DNA of 64,000 nt from Scyliorhinus canicula (taxonomy: Eukaryota). The stretch is taken from contig NC_052151.1 of assembly GCF_902713615.1 (NCBI RefSeq), forward strand, positions 215,337,677 through 215,401,676, given 5' to 3'. This document shows positions 13,448-25,085 of this stretch, piece after piece. Both the position numbers and the translations under genes were made by a program. Below the pieces are notes generated by a model. That model ran no database searches and was not told where the DNA came from. It was given only the letters and a program-made list of their open reading frames with translations. Position 1 is the first letter of the stretch. Every line of letters begins with the position of its first letter.

Positions 13448-14155
13448 AGTGGACATCCCGGCGTTGTACTGAGGTATGCACAGTAAGAGGTCTTACAACA
13501 CCAGGTTAAAGTCCTACCAGTTAATTTGGAATCATTAGCTTTTGGAGGGTAGCTCTTCCATCAGCTGAGTGAAGATGGAGGTTACATAAACACAGCATAT
13601 ATAGACCATGCCAATGGTGCAAGATGGTATTTTGAACTCGAGTCTTCGCAGGTAATTAACTCTTTGCACATTCACGCGGAATAACTGGAGAGAAGGATAA
13701 TCACACATTAAAGAGACGTGAATTGTCTCAAGCCAGGACAGTTGGTAGTATTTCGCAAGCCCAGGCCATTTTGTGGGGGTAAAATGTAGTGAGACATAAA
13801 TCTAGGATCCCGGTTGAGGACATATTCATTAATGTGGAATTTATAATCAGTTTCTGCTCGGCGATTCTGTGTTGCTGTTTGTCCTGAAGGTCGCCTTGGA
13901 ACAATCTTACCTGAAGATCAGAGGCTGAATGCCCGTGACGTGTTTCCCGACGTCAGGAGACATTCCTGCCTTGTAATTGTCGCGTGATGTCTGTTCATCC
14001 ATTGTCGCAGTATCTGCAAGACCTCGTCAATGTACCACACCTCAGGACATCCTTTTCTGCAGTGTATGAGGTAGATAACGTTGGCCGAGACTCATGAGTA
14101 TGTATTGCGTACCTGGTCGATGGTGTACTCACGTGTAATGGTGGTATCCAAAACA
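13448..14155 (-). mobile_element. Penelope-like element 3' fragment (GIY-YIG endonuclease plus terminal repeat)
   Basis: Minus strand reads SANVIYLIHCRKGCPEVWYIDE...QILRQWMNRH; terminal repeat is shared with 5941-6120. Confidence 0.8.
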
Positions 14156-14689
14156 AGGATACGTCGAATTTGGCAGCAAACCAATTTACGTCTTCCAAAC
14201 ATTTGAGTTATGAAACCACGCCAAGTCAGTTAAAAACACATTTCACCAAACAGATCTTATTACGTTGCTGAAGGCGCAGAATTTGGATATTGGAATTGGA
14301 TATTTAAAAGGATCGACTGAAGAGATTATACATTAAAGGAAAAGAACAAAATATGTGTTCAAATTCAACAAAAGGACAAAATTATTTCTCCATCCAATCC
14401 CTACCCTTTTAGATTTTCGAGGAAAATGAACCATTTAAGCAGACAGCTGATTTGTTCGCAATCGCCCAGATAATTTTACAGGTTGGATTATATATATATA
14501 TATCTATGTTAATTCATATCAGGCTAAATTGTGAATTTGTGGGAATTTAACAAGACCAGCAAATTTTTGAAATTTTAAGTACAGGTCAGAGCAATTTGAT
14601 TTTCGTGTGAGAATTACATTAGTTGTCATATCCAGCGAGGTAATGAACAAAACATTAGTAGGAACTATACTGGACAAATGTCAGCAAAC

Positions 14690-16490
14690 CAGCAACCCGA
14701 CATACGTGGAAATGGAGGAACGAAAAATCCACCTGGAGGCCCGACCCAGCCTACTCCAAGACGAGTCTCTAGGAACGCCCAAGGAGGGAACAGACCCAGC
14801 CTAACAACCCTCAGGAAGCCCCTTGCCCGCGACCCAGGACCCCCGAAACGGAGCAGAACCCGGTCGAGGACCCGAACGCGCTGAAAGTTATTTCCGTGCT
14901 CGCAGTAGACTGTGACCCATCCGCATCGCAAACATGCCCCACCAGCAACCACACCTCCTCAACTAGCGCCCGGGAACTTGCCAGACGCGAACCCGAAAAC
15001 GTAACCAGGACACTGTTCCCAGCCAGCGCCCCGCCCCCCACCAGACGCAACCACCAACATTCTACAAGGTCTGACCTCTCCATTCGGATGCCGGGACCAT
15101 CCAGCCTAAGCCGATCGAGGAAGCGAGGGAAACCGGCAGTCTGCACGTGAGACTGAAGCCGTTTTAAGACTCCTCTCCCCAGCATACCCCTGGAAAATTC
15201 CAAGCGATCGAAAACAAGCTGGATGCATTTAACGCAAGGTTTGCCTCTCAGAGGTAAGTAAGATAGCTGTGTGCTCTGTTTCACAGAGACATCGCTCACA
15301 CACACCTCACCCGATTGTTCCATACAACCTGACAGCGTCTCAATTCATTGGGCGGACCGCAACACATCATCAGGCAATGCGAAGGGTGGAGGGGTTTGAC
15401 TCCTCATCAACTCCTTCTAGTCCTTGGATGTCGCGACTCTGGTGATCGACCGGGAGCAGGAATACCTGACCCTGAATTGTCGCCTATACTGTCCTCCACG
15501 TGAGTTGACTTCAGCCATTATCACAGCCGTCAACATCCCACCCCAGGCAGAAGTGAAGAAGGCACTGGACAAACTGTGCACAGTTATGAAACAGACGCAC
15601 TGAGGTATTGTTCGTCGTGGCCAGGGACGTCAACAAGGCCAACCTCAAGAATGTACTGCCAAAATTCCACCAGCACATCTCTGGTCCCCCCAGGGGTGAA
15701 AACACTCTTGACCACTGCAACACAAAAATCGGCGCCAACTGTTCCATCCCCCGATCCCACTTTGGGAAACCCGACCATAAGCTGGTGCTCCTGCTCGCAG
15801 TATACAAGCAGAAACTCAAGCGGGAGAATCCATCTAAGAAGGTCGTGCAGTGCTGGTCCGAGAGAACAGAAGAGCTCCTAAGTGACTGCTTAGGGACAGT
15901 GCACTCGTCCATATTTAAAAACTCTGCGACCAACTCAAAGGAATATGCCATCATCTTCATAGACCTCATCAGCAAATGTATGGATGACTGGATGCCAAGG
16001 AAAACAGTACGTACGTTCTCCAACCGGAAACCACGGCTCAATCTTTAGATTGACTCCCTCCTGAAGGGCAGTCTGAGGCCTTAAAGTCCGGCGGCCCTGA
16101 CCTGTTCAAGAAATCCAAGTACGACCCCCACAAAGCTATCCGAGATGCCAAGACAGAATATCAGACCAAGCTCGAGTCATAGACAAGCGTCACAGACTCT
16201 CGGTGATTGTGGCAAGACCTAATCAAAATATGGCCCACAAAGCGATGCTTGGATCGAGCAGGAAACGAACGATTCGCTGTCGGGTGCCACAGCAGCCCAT
16301 AACCCACTCATATCCACCAGCACAGGTCACAAAGTCAGATTTCCTTTCCTGAAAGTGAACCCTCGGAAGGCGACGGGTTGGGATTGGATCTCTGGCTGTG
16401 CACTTAGCGTCTGTGTGGACTAGCTGGCAAATGTGTTCACGTTCATCTTTAACCTGTCCCTCCTCCGCTCCGAGGACCCCACCACCGTGT
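14690..16490 (+). mobile_element. Rex1/Babar-type LINE, 5' part (endonuclease to start of RT), degraded
   Basis: CVLCFTET, GGGV, DVNKANLKNVLPKFHQHI...RGENTLDHC, HFGKPDHKLVLLLAVYKQKLK, FSNRKP. Confidence 0.75.
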
Positions 16491-17003
16491 GTATTGCAGA
16501 CAGGTGAGCATGTAACGTTTCCCCTCCAAGTTAGAGTCCGAAGAACAGAGATCACAAGCGTTGCACGTGTGGTTAAAAAAGAATGATGTGTCACCATCTC
16601 ATTAAGAAAATAACGGTAGGGAATCAAATGTTCCCTGTTGGAAAATTTTACATAAACCCCTAAGTGTCAACCAGATTTGGTCAAATGGAGTTAGTTGATA
16701 TTGAAAAACGGAAACAAAACCAAAATAACGTCATGGAAGCAATGAAATCTGAAATTACTGTTTACTGGGAAAAACATGTGCCAACAATACAATCATTATC
16801 AGAAGATTAAAGAAATACATAAACATTAAGAACACCTCAAATATGTCTATATCACATCAGAAAGTGTTACAAGAGGTAAGTGTAATTAAAACCAACATAT
16901 GAACTAAAAGATAAAAGTTCGTGGGATGATACTTGGAAATGAGTCACAAAGATACAGCTTTATCCAAAGGAACATGAAAGTTACTTGATTGTTTATATTC
17001 ACC

Positions 17004-17094
17004 TATAACTTTAATAAACTTGAATTAATTCAACTAGCAGTGAGTATTCCATTTTGTCTGTATTGGTCAGTTGATGCCACCCGAGGCACCAACA
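17004..17094 (+). repeat. 3' LTR remnant (R/U5) of the provirus with poly(A) signal
   Basis: AATAAA at 17013-17018; 78% identical to 9398-9478; terminal CA at 17093-17094. Confidence 0.8.
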
Positions 17095-18379
17095 ACACAA
17101 ACACACACGGGAGACACGCTCAAAGGTTGCGAAATTTGCGAAGAATCATAAATGGAGGGGAAAATAGACTTTGCTGCTGATGATGGGTATAACACACGTT
17201 GCCGGACAGGTAGCTGGAAGATTAGTTGGTTTACAGCCAGTAATTAGCCTCTTTGCAGATTCGTTCATTCAAGCATTCTGTATGTTAGAAATATATTACA
17301 TGCACATTTTCCTGGGGAAACAACTTACTCCTCATCGAACTGTCCTTTCAGTTCGTGGTTTGCACAGAACCGTGTGTCGATCCAAGAAAACATCACGTGG
17401 TCATGTTATGAAAATAAATTATTCCCGCATATTGGCCTTCTGGAGAGAATTGACATGAGCAGTTGGGAGAACGCTGGGTTGATATTTCTGTACAGAGTTA
17501 GTTAAATCTCACTCCACGTGCTGCTAGAAACGAAACTGAAATCAAACTCTAACCTTCGGATTCTGAAAAACATCCCAGTGGAATAGGATCCAATCACGAC
17601 TTATTACTGGCACAGTAAAGCCTTTTTGATCAATGCATTAGGCACCAGCCAAATGAATTAAACCGAGTACCAATCTACCTCCCCGTAAATATCCCAGCCA
17701 ATCTACATCATTTGTTTCAACCAGCGTAGCCTTCCATGCCCTTCCTGCTTGAATTAAATATGCAGGCATCCTTCTTTTTATTCATTCGGGATACGGACAT
17801 CGCTGCTTCGGCCAGCATTTGTTGCCCATCACTATTTGCCATTCAGAAGGTAGTGGTGAGTTGCCGTTTTGAACCGCTGAGGTCATAGAGATGCAAGTTA
17901 ACCCAATGCGCTGATAAGGAGGGAATTTCAGGATGTTGCCACAGCAACGGTGAAGGATCGATGACACACTTCCAAGTCAGAACGTTAATGGCTTGGACGA
18001 TAAACTACGGATGGTAGGGTTCCCAGGTAGCTGCAGCTCCTTTCCTTCTAGAAGCTTAGTGGTAGAGGGTTTTGAAGGTGCTTTATATGGAACCTTGGTG
18101 CATCTTGTAGATGGCACACATGGTGCTCATTTTCGTCGGTGATGGAGGGTTTCAATGTTTGTGGAAGGGGAGTGATCGAGCGGGCTGCGTTGTCCCGAAT
18201 GGTGAAGAACGTCTTGACTATTTTTGGATCTGCACCCATCCAGTCAAGTGGATAATATTCCATTACACTCTTAACATATACGTTGCAGATGATGGGATTT
18301 GGGGTGTCAGGATATGAGTTACTCGCCGTTGGAAACCTCGTCTTCGACCTGACTTGTTAGCCAAAGTAATAACGTAGTC

Positions 18380-19110
18380 CAGCGGCCTCCTCTATATCGG
18401 AGACACCAAACGCAGACTGTGTGATTACTTTGCTGAGCACTTCGGTCTGCGCACATGCAGGATCCCGACCTTCCCGTTGCTTGCCATTTTAACAAAAGAC
18501 CCTGCTCCCATGCCCACAGGTCTGTCCTTGGCCTGCTGCAATGTTCCAGTGAAGCTCAACGCAAACTGGAGGAACAACATCTCCTCTTCCGGTTAGACAC
18601 GTTACAGCCTTCCGGTCTCAACATTGAATTCAACAACTTCAGATGATTAGCTCTACCCCATCTCGACCCATTTGATTGATCACAATTTCATTTTAACTGT
18701 ATTTTGGCATTTCTTTCTTTCGTCATATATAATTAACCCCCATCCCCAGCCCACCAATCTTATCCACCTATCCTTAACATTTCTCCTATTTGCTCCTCCC
18801 TTCCCTCAACATCTACAGTCTACAGTTCATCCTCTAATGTTACTTTCTCTGCTGTTTGGCCATTCGCATTTTGTTCTCTCTGGGGACTGTGATTAGTAAT
18901 CTTTCCCCTTGGTTCCAATGGACATTAGCCCCGGTTTCCCTGGGTTTCTGTGGCTATGACACCTTTCATTCTCACTCCAAAGTATAAATATTTCCCACTG
19001 TCTCTGTCTGTTAGCTTTGTCAAATAGTCATCGAACGCGAAACGTTGGATCTTTTATCTCTCGACAGATGCTTCCAGACTTGTTCAGATTTTGTGGCATT
19101 TTCTCTTTCG
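18380..19110 (+). mobile_element. Penelope-like element 3' fragment (GIY-YIG)
   Basis: GLLYIGDTKRRLCDYFAEH...DPDLPVACHFN...QRKLEEQHLLFRLDTLQPSGLNIEFNNF, followed by a pyrimidine-rich 3' UTR. Confidence 0.85.
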
Positions 19111-19180
19111 TTAATGTAGTCCAGTCCAGTTTCTGATCAATAGTAACCACCAGGATGTTGGGGATTCAGCGATCGTATTG

Positions 19181-19390
19181 GCGTTTGGCTACGATCTAGC
19201 GTCGCACTTCTCGGCCTTTTTGCGAAGATGAGCATGGGATCAGGAGTGTCTCTCTTGCTGGTACCATAATCGGTTCAATTTGAATTGGTTTTTGGAGCAG
19301 GCAAGGAGGTCGATTAGCGGCTCGACCCTGTCCACATTCTGAGCTCTGGCGTTGTAACTCTGATATAGTAATACAAAATTAAACTTAAAC
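19181..19390 (+). mobile_element. U2 snRNA-derived retroposed element (SINE-like or diverged pseudogene)
   Basis: CTTCTCGGCCTTTT (19207-19220) matches the U2 5' end. TTTTTGGAGCAGG...GTCCAC (19289-19335) matches the U2 Sm-site/stem III region. A-rich tail; interrupts the host LINE. Confidence 0.7.
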
Positions 19391-20084
19391 AAATGTCACG
19401 GGCCGGTGGTTAGATGCTCTCTTATAGGAGATGGTGATTGCCTGGCACAAATATAACTTGTCACTTGTCATTTCAAGGCTGTATATTGTCCAGGTTCTAC
19501 TGCATTCGGACATGGACTGCTCCGTTATCTGAGGAGACACAAATGGCGCTGAACATTGGGCACTCATCGCAAATATCCACACTTCTGACCTTATAGTGGA
19601 AGGTAAGTCATTGATAAAGCAGTTGAAGATGGTTGGGTTTACGATGCGAACCTAAGAAACTACTGCAGTGATATCCTGGAGTTGAAATGATTGATCTCCA
19701 CTCACCACAACCATTGTTTTGTGCCAGGTACGACTCCAAACAGTGGAGTTTTCCCCCGTTTCCCATTGACTCCAGATTAGCTCGGACTCCTTGATGCAAT
19801 ACTCGGCAAAATGCTGCCTTGATGTCAAGGGAAATCGTTCTCACGTCAATTCTGGCATACAGTACATTTTTACATGTTTGAACCAATGCTGTAATGAGGT
19901 CAGAAGCCGAGTGACCCTTTGGAACCCTGACTGAGCGTTCGTGAGCAGGTTACTGCTGAGTGAGTGACGTTTGAGAGCACTGTTGATGACTCCTTCCATC
20001 AGCTTGCTGATAATGGAGGGTGGATTTATAGAGCAGTAATTGGGTAGGTTGGATTTGTCATGTTTTTTATTGTTTCTTTTTTTA

Positions 20085-20270
20085 AAAATAAATTTAAATC
20101 ATTCAATTACATTTATTTCCTATTAAGGGGCAATTTCGCGTGGCCAATCCACCTAACCAACACATCAAGGAGAGAATGTGCAAACTCCACACGGACAGTG
20201 ACCCAGGTCCAGCATTCGAACCCGGTTCGTCAACACCACAGTTCCACGGCTAATCACTGCACAACGTGCC
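20085..20270 (-). mobile_element. V-SINE (internally deleted) with A-rich tail
   Basis: AAGGGGCAATTTCGCGTGGCCAATCCACCTAACC...GTGCAAACTCCACACGGACAGTGACCCA. Confidence 0.75.
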
Positions 20271-20789
20271 TCATTTGGCCTGCTTCTTTTGGAATATGAC
20301 ATACGTGGGCAACATTCCACATTGTCAGGTAGATTACAGGTAGATGACAGTGTTATCACTACACAGCAAGAGCTTGACTAGGGTTGCCGTACATTCTGGA
20401 GCATAAGTCTTCAGTAATAATGCCGGGATATTGTCAGGCCCCATAACCTTCTCAAAATCCAGTCTCGAGCTACTATACTGTTCGTTGTCTATCCTATTTA
20501 CAACAGTGAAAGTTCCACACAACACGATGTAGAGTTCCACAATATGAATACAGGACTTTGCCGCCACGATGACTGTGCAGTGATCATTACTATCAAAACT
20601 GGCATGCACAAATCTATCCAGGCAGGCAGATTGGTGACGATGGGTGCAAGTACATGTTTCTCTCTCATTGTTTGCCTCACAACTGCTCAGTTCTAGGCAA
20701 GCAGTTATGTTATGAAGGGCCCGGCCACCTCGGTCTGTGATGGTATTACAGAGCCATTCTTGGTGATGGAAATTGAAGACCCCCTAGAG

Positions 20790-22155
20790 CATGTTATAGA
20801 CATATAAATTACAGTGCAGACGAAGGCCATTCAACCCATAGAAACTGCACTGGCTCGTGGAAAGAGCACCCTACTTAAGTCACACGCCTCCACCATATCC
20901 CCTTTATCCCCGTAACCCAGTAACACCACCTAAACATTTTGGACACTAAAGGCTATTTATCATGGCCAATCCACCTAGCGTGCAGATCTTTGGACTGTGG
21001 TGGAAACTGGAGCGCCCGGAGGAAACCCATGCGCACATGGGTAGAGCAAAGAACAAGGAACAAAGAAATTACAGCGCAGGAACATGCCCTTCGGCCCTCC
21101 AAGCCTGCGCCGGTCATGCTGCCCGACTAAACTAAAATCTTCTACACTTCCGGGGTCCGTATCACTCTATTCCCATCCTATTCATGTATTGGTCAAGATG
21201 TCGAGTAAATGTCACTATTTCCACTACCTCCTCCGGCAGCCAGTTCCAGGCACCCTCTACCCTCTGTTTAAAATACTTTCCTCGTACATCTCCTCTAAAC
21301 CTTGCCCCTTGCACCCTAAACCTATGCCCACTAGTAATTGACCCCTCTATCCTGCGAAAATGCCTCTGATTATCCACTCCGTTGATGCCTCTCATAATTT
21401 TGTAGACCACTATCAGGTCGCCCTCAACCTCCTTCGTTCCAGTGAGAACCAACCAATTTTATTCAAAGTCTCCTCATAGCTTATGACCTACATACCAGGC
21501 AACATCCTGGTAAAGCTCTTCTGCACCCTTTCTAAAGTCTCCATATCCTTCTGGTAGTGTGGCGACCAGAATTGAACACTGTACTCCAAGTGTGGCCTAA
21601 CTAAGGTTCTATACAGCTGCAATATGACTTGCCTAATTTTATACTCAATGCCCCGTCCTATAAAGGCAAGCATGCAGTATTTCTTCTTGACGACCATCTC
21701 CACCTGTATTGCCCCTTTCAGTGTCATGTGGACCTGTACACCAAGGTATGGCTGACTGTCAATACTCTTGAGGGTTCTACCATTCATAAATCTCCTACCT
21801 GCATTTGCCCTTCCAAAATGCATTACCTCACATTTGTCCGGATGAAACTGTGTCTCACCGTTCATGCTCCAAAATCGAAATCATGCTGTATCCTCTGATA
21901 ATCCTCATCGTTATCCGCAATTCCACCAACTTTCGTGTGGTCCGCAAACTTACTAATCAGACCCATTACATGTTCCTCCAAATCATTTTTTATACTGCGA
22001 ACAGCAAAGGTCCCAGCAATGATTCCTGTGGGACACCACTAGAACGTGCATATTCCACAGAGACAGTGACCCATTCCGGGAATCGAACCTGGAACCCCGA
22101 AGCTGAGAAGCAACTGTGCTTACCACGATGCTACCATTCTGCCTTTATGCGCCAT
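20790..22155 (-). mobile_element. V-SINE split in two by a CR1 insertion
   Basis: SINE 3' part 20790-21040 and head 22041-22155; TAGAGC/TAGAAC repeats at the junctions. Confidence 0.75.
21045..22040 (-). mobile_element. 5'-truncated CR1 LINE
   Basis: KCEVMHFGRAN, LYRTLVRPHLEYSVQFWSPHYQKD; (GAACAAA)n-like tail. Confidence 0.9.
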
Positions 22156-22412
22156 TGACACCCTCAGTCGTTCCTCCAAGTGGCATTTTCCATGGAGACC
22201 CATAAATTATTCAGCTGATGGTGACTGGTCCAGAGTAATCTGCAACAGGTTTCTTTGTCCATGTTGAACATGAAGCCATGCGATGTACTGGGGTCCAGTC
22301 GTTATTGGGCACTTCCAGGGCAACTCGCTCCCGACTGTATACCACTGTTCTGCCACCTCTGCTGTGTCTGTCTGCCGGTGAGACAGGACATTTACTGGAA
22401 TGGTGACAGTGG

Positions 22413-22895
22413 TGAGGAATTGAACAAACGCACGTGATATAAAATTGGATTATTAGTTAGAATAGTGTAGATGTGAGCCAGTCTGATAGTATTGAGCTCA
22501 CAAACAAAGGACAAAGGGATTCAGAAAGCATGGCCAGGAAGGTCCGAGGGGTGCCTCGTGGAGGACAGGGAAAAGGATGCTGGGAAACAAGAGGTCCAGG
22601 GTTAAGGAATGCGAAGTGAGCCAATCATGATAGATGGCTAGGTCAGGAGGTGTATAGGATGACCTATGGGAATCTTGTATGTGAAACGTGGTGCCATTTG
22701 AATGATATTTGCAGACATTTCATTGTCTCCGATTTCACTCGGTTCTGGGGCTTCAGAAGACTGCCTGTGTGTTCTGAATCTCTGTGGAGCGAGTCAGCCT
22801 TGCAAGTTGGTTAAACATAAAATAATACTGTACCTACAAATCCATCTCGAGTCTTATTAAGGCCAGACGGACTGATAAAGAACTCAATATTGTCA
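22413..22895. mobile_element. Solo LTR (483 bp)
   Basis: TG...CA termini with a 4-bp GTGG duplication (22409-22412 and 22896-22899); host LINE sequence is continuous across it. Confidence 0.75.
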
Positions 22896-24006
22896 GTGGT
22901 GCCTGGGATATTCTGTGTAATGCATAATTCTGTGATGTAACTATGTCAGGCTGTTGCTTACTCGTCTGTGAGAAAGCTCTCCCATCTTTGGCAGAAGCTC
23001 TGAGATGTTAGTAAGAACTTCGCAGAGTCGGTAGGGCTGGATTTGTTGTTTTCGGTCTCTGGTTCAATGCATGGTCCGTCCATTTTCATTCATTTTTGTG
23101 TTTTTGTCGCGGTTCAATACAACTAAATGGCTTCCTGGGCCATTCCAGAGGACATTAATGAGTTAACCACATTGCTCTGGGGCTCTCGTCACATGTAGGC
23201 CAGACGAGGTAAGGTAGGCAGTTATAGTTCCCTGAAGGCTATTAGTGAACCAATGAGCTTTTACAACCGTTTCATGGCCATCATTAAACTTTTAATTCCG
23301 GATATATATTGAGTTTGAATTCAATTAGCTGCTGTGGTGGGATTCGAACCTCGCTCCCCAAGCCCTTAACCTGGGTTACTAGCCTTAAATTGATTATATG
23401 CAATGAATATTATGGATAAGAAATGTAATGGCAAAAATGAAAGAAATTAGAAATACGGGAATGCATAGGCAATGAACAAGAAGGCCATTTGCAAAAGTCA
23501 ACTTGAAAAGTTCGCTTTACATATTGTCTAAGTCTGAATTCCTGTATCTATAACTCTCTCTCTCCATTATCCCCGGGCTACGCCGAACGTTCAACTTACT
23601 CTTAAAAGTGATCACAACAGATTATGAACAAAACTGTTAGTTCAAGCAATGCTTCCTGCATCAAGCGTATTGTGAAACTAAAAATAGCAAACCTTCTTGA
23701 AAACAAACAACACTACACACGCGCAGTTCGATTGTAGTTACAGAAATCTAAGGCAATAATAAATGCACGCGGAAGAAAATAAACAAATGGAAGACATTCT
23801 CATTGAGCTGAAGAGCGTTGGAGTTCAACACATTGCCAGTTCTGCCACAGTTACACATGTCATGATCAGCTCCCTTTTTCGTAAAATCGCGCGCGTCTCG
23901 AAAGTGGCACGGTAGCATCTATCATCCGGTGCAGTATTTGTGGAGTCAAATTGGGAGTTCGATTTGGGCATATCCTGGGGACCCATTATCTCAGCATCAG
24001 TTGTAC

Positions 24007-24012
24007 TTTATT
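24007..24012 (-). promoter_or_regulatory. Candidate poly(A) signal of the GCNT gene
   Basis: AATAAA on the minus strand ~540 nt downstream of the stop codon. Confidence 0.35.
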
Positions 24013-24035
24013 TGACAAAAAAGCCTTGATGAGTG

Positions 24036-24091
24036 ATATGACCGTATCATATCATTATATATGACCGTATCATATCATATGACCGGATCAT
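24036..24091. repeat. Short tandem repeat, ~3x ATGACCGTATCATATCAT
   Basis: Read directly from the sequence; lies in the putative 3' UTR. Confidence 0.85.
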
Positions 24092-24548
24092 TTTGGCAGT
24101 AACATGCCAAAATATTCATTAGGTTAGGTATCAGATCGTGTTCCCGCTTGCGAAGAATTTGAATAGATAGGGATAATCATGTTTATATATTGCATCTCGT
24201 CCATTGAAATTGGAACTCAGAAAATATTCATCCATCGATAAAGTAGGAAAATGCTCGGATTCTGAAGTCAAAACTCGAATTGAATGCTTCGAAAGGCTCC
24301 TGTTGCTCAAAGACAACTATAGCTTCCAGAGCCACAAATTAACTTATTGTATGTGATGAACGGTATCTCCATTTAGTAAATTAAGTTGGAATATGCAGCT
24401 GTTGTGCAGATCAGCCAACAAAAACAAAACTGCGGGTCACGGACAGAAAAAGTTCATTATTTTGCTTGAATGAGTCAATGAAAAGGGCTGCCTTTGTGTG
24501 TATTATTTTTTTAATTCACAACATTGTTATCGGTAACATCCCAATCGT

Positions 24549-25085
24549 TTACTCAAACTTGCAAACCGAGGAATGGATTTCCATAATCACTTTGTGTCTA
24601 ACATATTCCTCGACACATCTCAGCGCCATGTTGTCCATTGCGGAATCGAATTTGTTAGCAAAGAGGTGGTGTGGATGCCGCAGTATCCAGTGCAAGTCTC
24701 CTGTTCCGTAGACACAAATATTATGGCGATACATTCCTGCACATTTGATTCTATTTTGCCCCACACCTTGTAGGAATCTCCATTTAATCAAACGGTTGTG
24801 GACAGGAGCATGTGTGATGATTGCCTTGCCGTTGGACCATGTGGCGCCTTGCACGTCGCGCATTTGGTGGATTGTCGCCCACACATGTTCGTCGGGACTG
24901 TAGGTATCTTCTGACCACGTGAAAAACTGCTGGATTTCGAGGTTAGTCAGCACATAATTGACAAAAGCTCTGGTGACGGCGATATACGTGTTTCCTACGA
25001 AAATTGTAATATTTCTTGAGTTATTTTTCAATTGAGCAGTTATCTTCACATTATGCCCAACTTGATATCGGTAAAGCCACCGTCT
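24549..25085 (-). CDS. Core-2 beta-1,6-N-acetylglucosaminyltransferase (GCNT1/GCNT3-like, GT14), coding exon 2
   Basis: Acceptor ttacttccag|AGA CGG TGG. Reads RRWLYRYQVG...IFVGNTYIAVTRAFV...DTYSPDEHVWATI (catalytic Glu)...ICVYGTGDL...HHLFANKFD...LRCVEEYVRHK. Confidence 0.93.
   Translation of the reverse strand, partial: RRWLYRYQVGHNVKITAQLKNNSRNITIFVGNTYIAVTRAFVNYVLTNLEIQQFFTWSEDTYSPDEHVWATIHQMRDVQGATWSNGKAIITHAPVHNRLIKWRFLQGVGQNRIKCAGMYRHNICVYGTGDLHWILRHPHHLFANKFDSAMDNMALRCVEEYVRHKVIMEIHSSVCKFE

Larger units (their letters stand above)
12700..16990 (+). pseudogene. env-like (class I fusion protein) remnant in three pieces: ~12700-13447, ~14160-14660, ~16490-16990
   Basis: LINNAHRGLVPLV...EFCP; basic RERR (12926-12937, shifted frame) then GTTTVNTLDLQNLDETF; EIICCISGNWLREILRENL; Trp-rich WDDTWK near 16923. 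Lies between integrase and the 3' LTR. Confidence 0.55.
9390..17094 (+). mobile_element. Ancient env-bearing endogenous retrovirus-like provirus (LTR-PBS-gag-[deleted PR/RT]-IN-env-LTR) with nested insertions; true 5' start lies upstream and is unresolved
   Basis: LTR 3' ends 9398-9478 and 17014-17094 align ungapped at 63/81 nt and both end CAACA. PBS at 9482; gag, integrase and env-like remnants lie in order between them. Confidence 0.8.
17780..23100 (-). mobile_element. Old non-LTR retrotransposon (CR1/L2/RTEX-like, family unresolved) hosting several nested insertions
   Basis: RT motifs on the minus strand: LDIKAAFCRVLHQG...LESMG...LESYLAQ and MGPDNIPALLLKTYAPE. Sequence resumes after each nested insertion. 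Confidence 0.7.

Noticed and set aside
16989-17180. Hydrophobic ORF (IQLAVSIPFCLYW) as the env transmembrane domain
   Set aside because: This stretch aligns to the 5' LTR end (9398-9478), so it is LTR R/U5 rather than coding sequence.
17150-17600. Purine tract followed by a candidate 3' LTR
   Set aside because: No similarity to the 5' LTR; the real LTR end is at 17094.
19181-19390. Functional U2 snRNA gene
   Set aside because: The branch-point pairing sequence GTAGTA and stem II are not preserved, and it sits inside a LINE with an A-rich tail.
24549-25049. Stand-alone 166-aa gene as given by the ORF track
   Set aside because: The start is a GTG inside exon 2; the frame extends to a splice acceptor at 25086.
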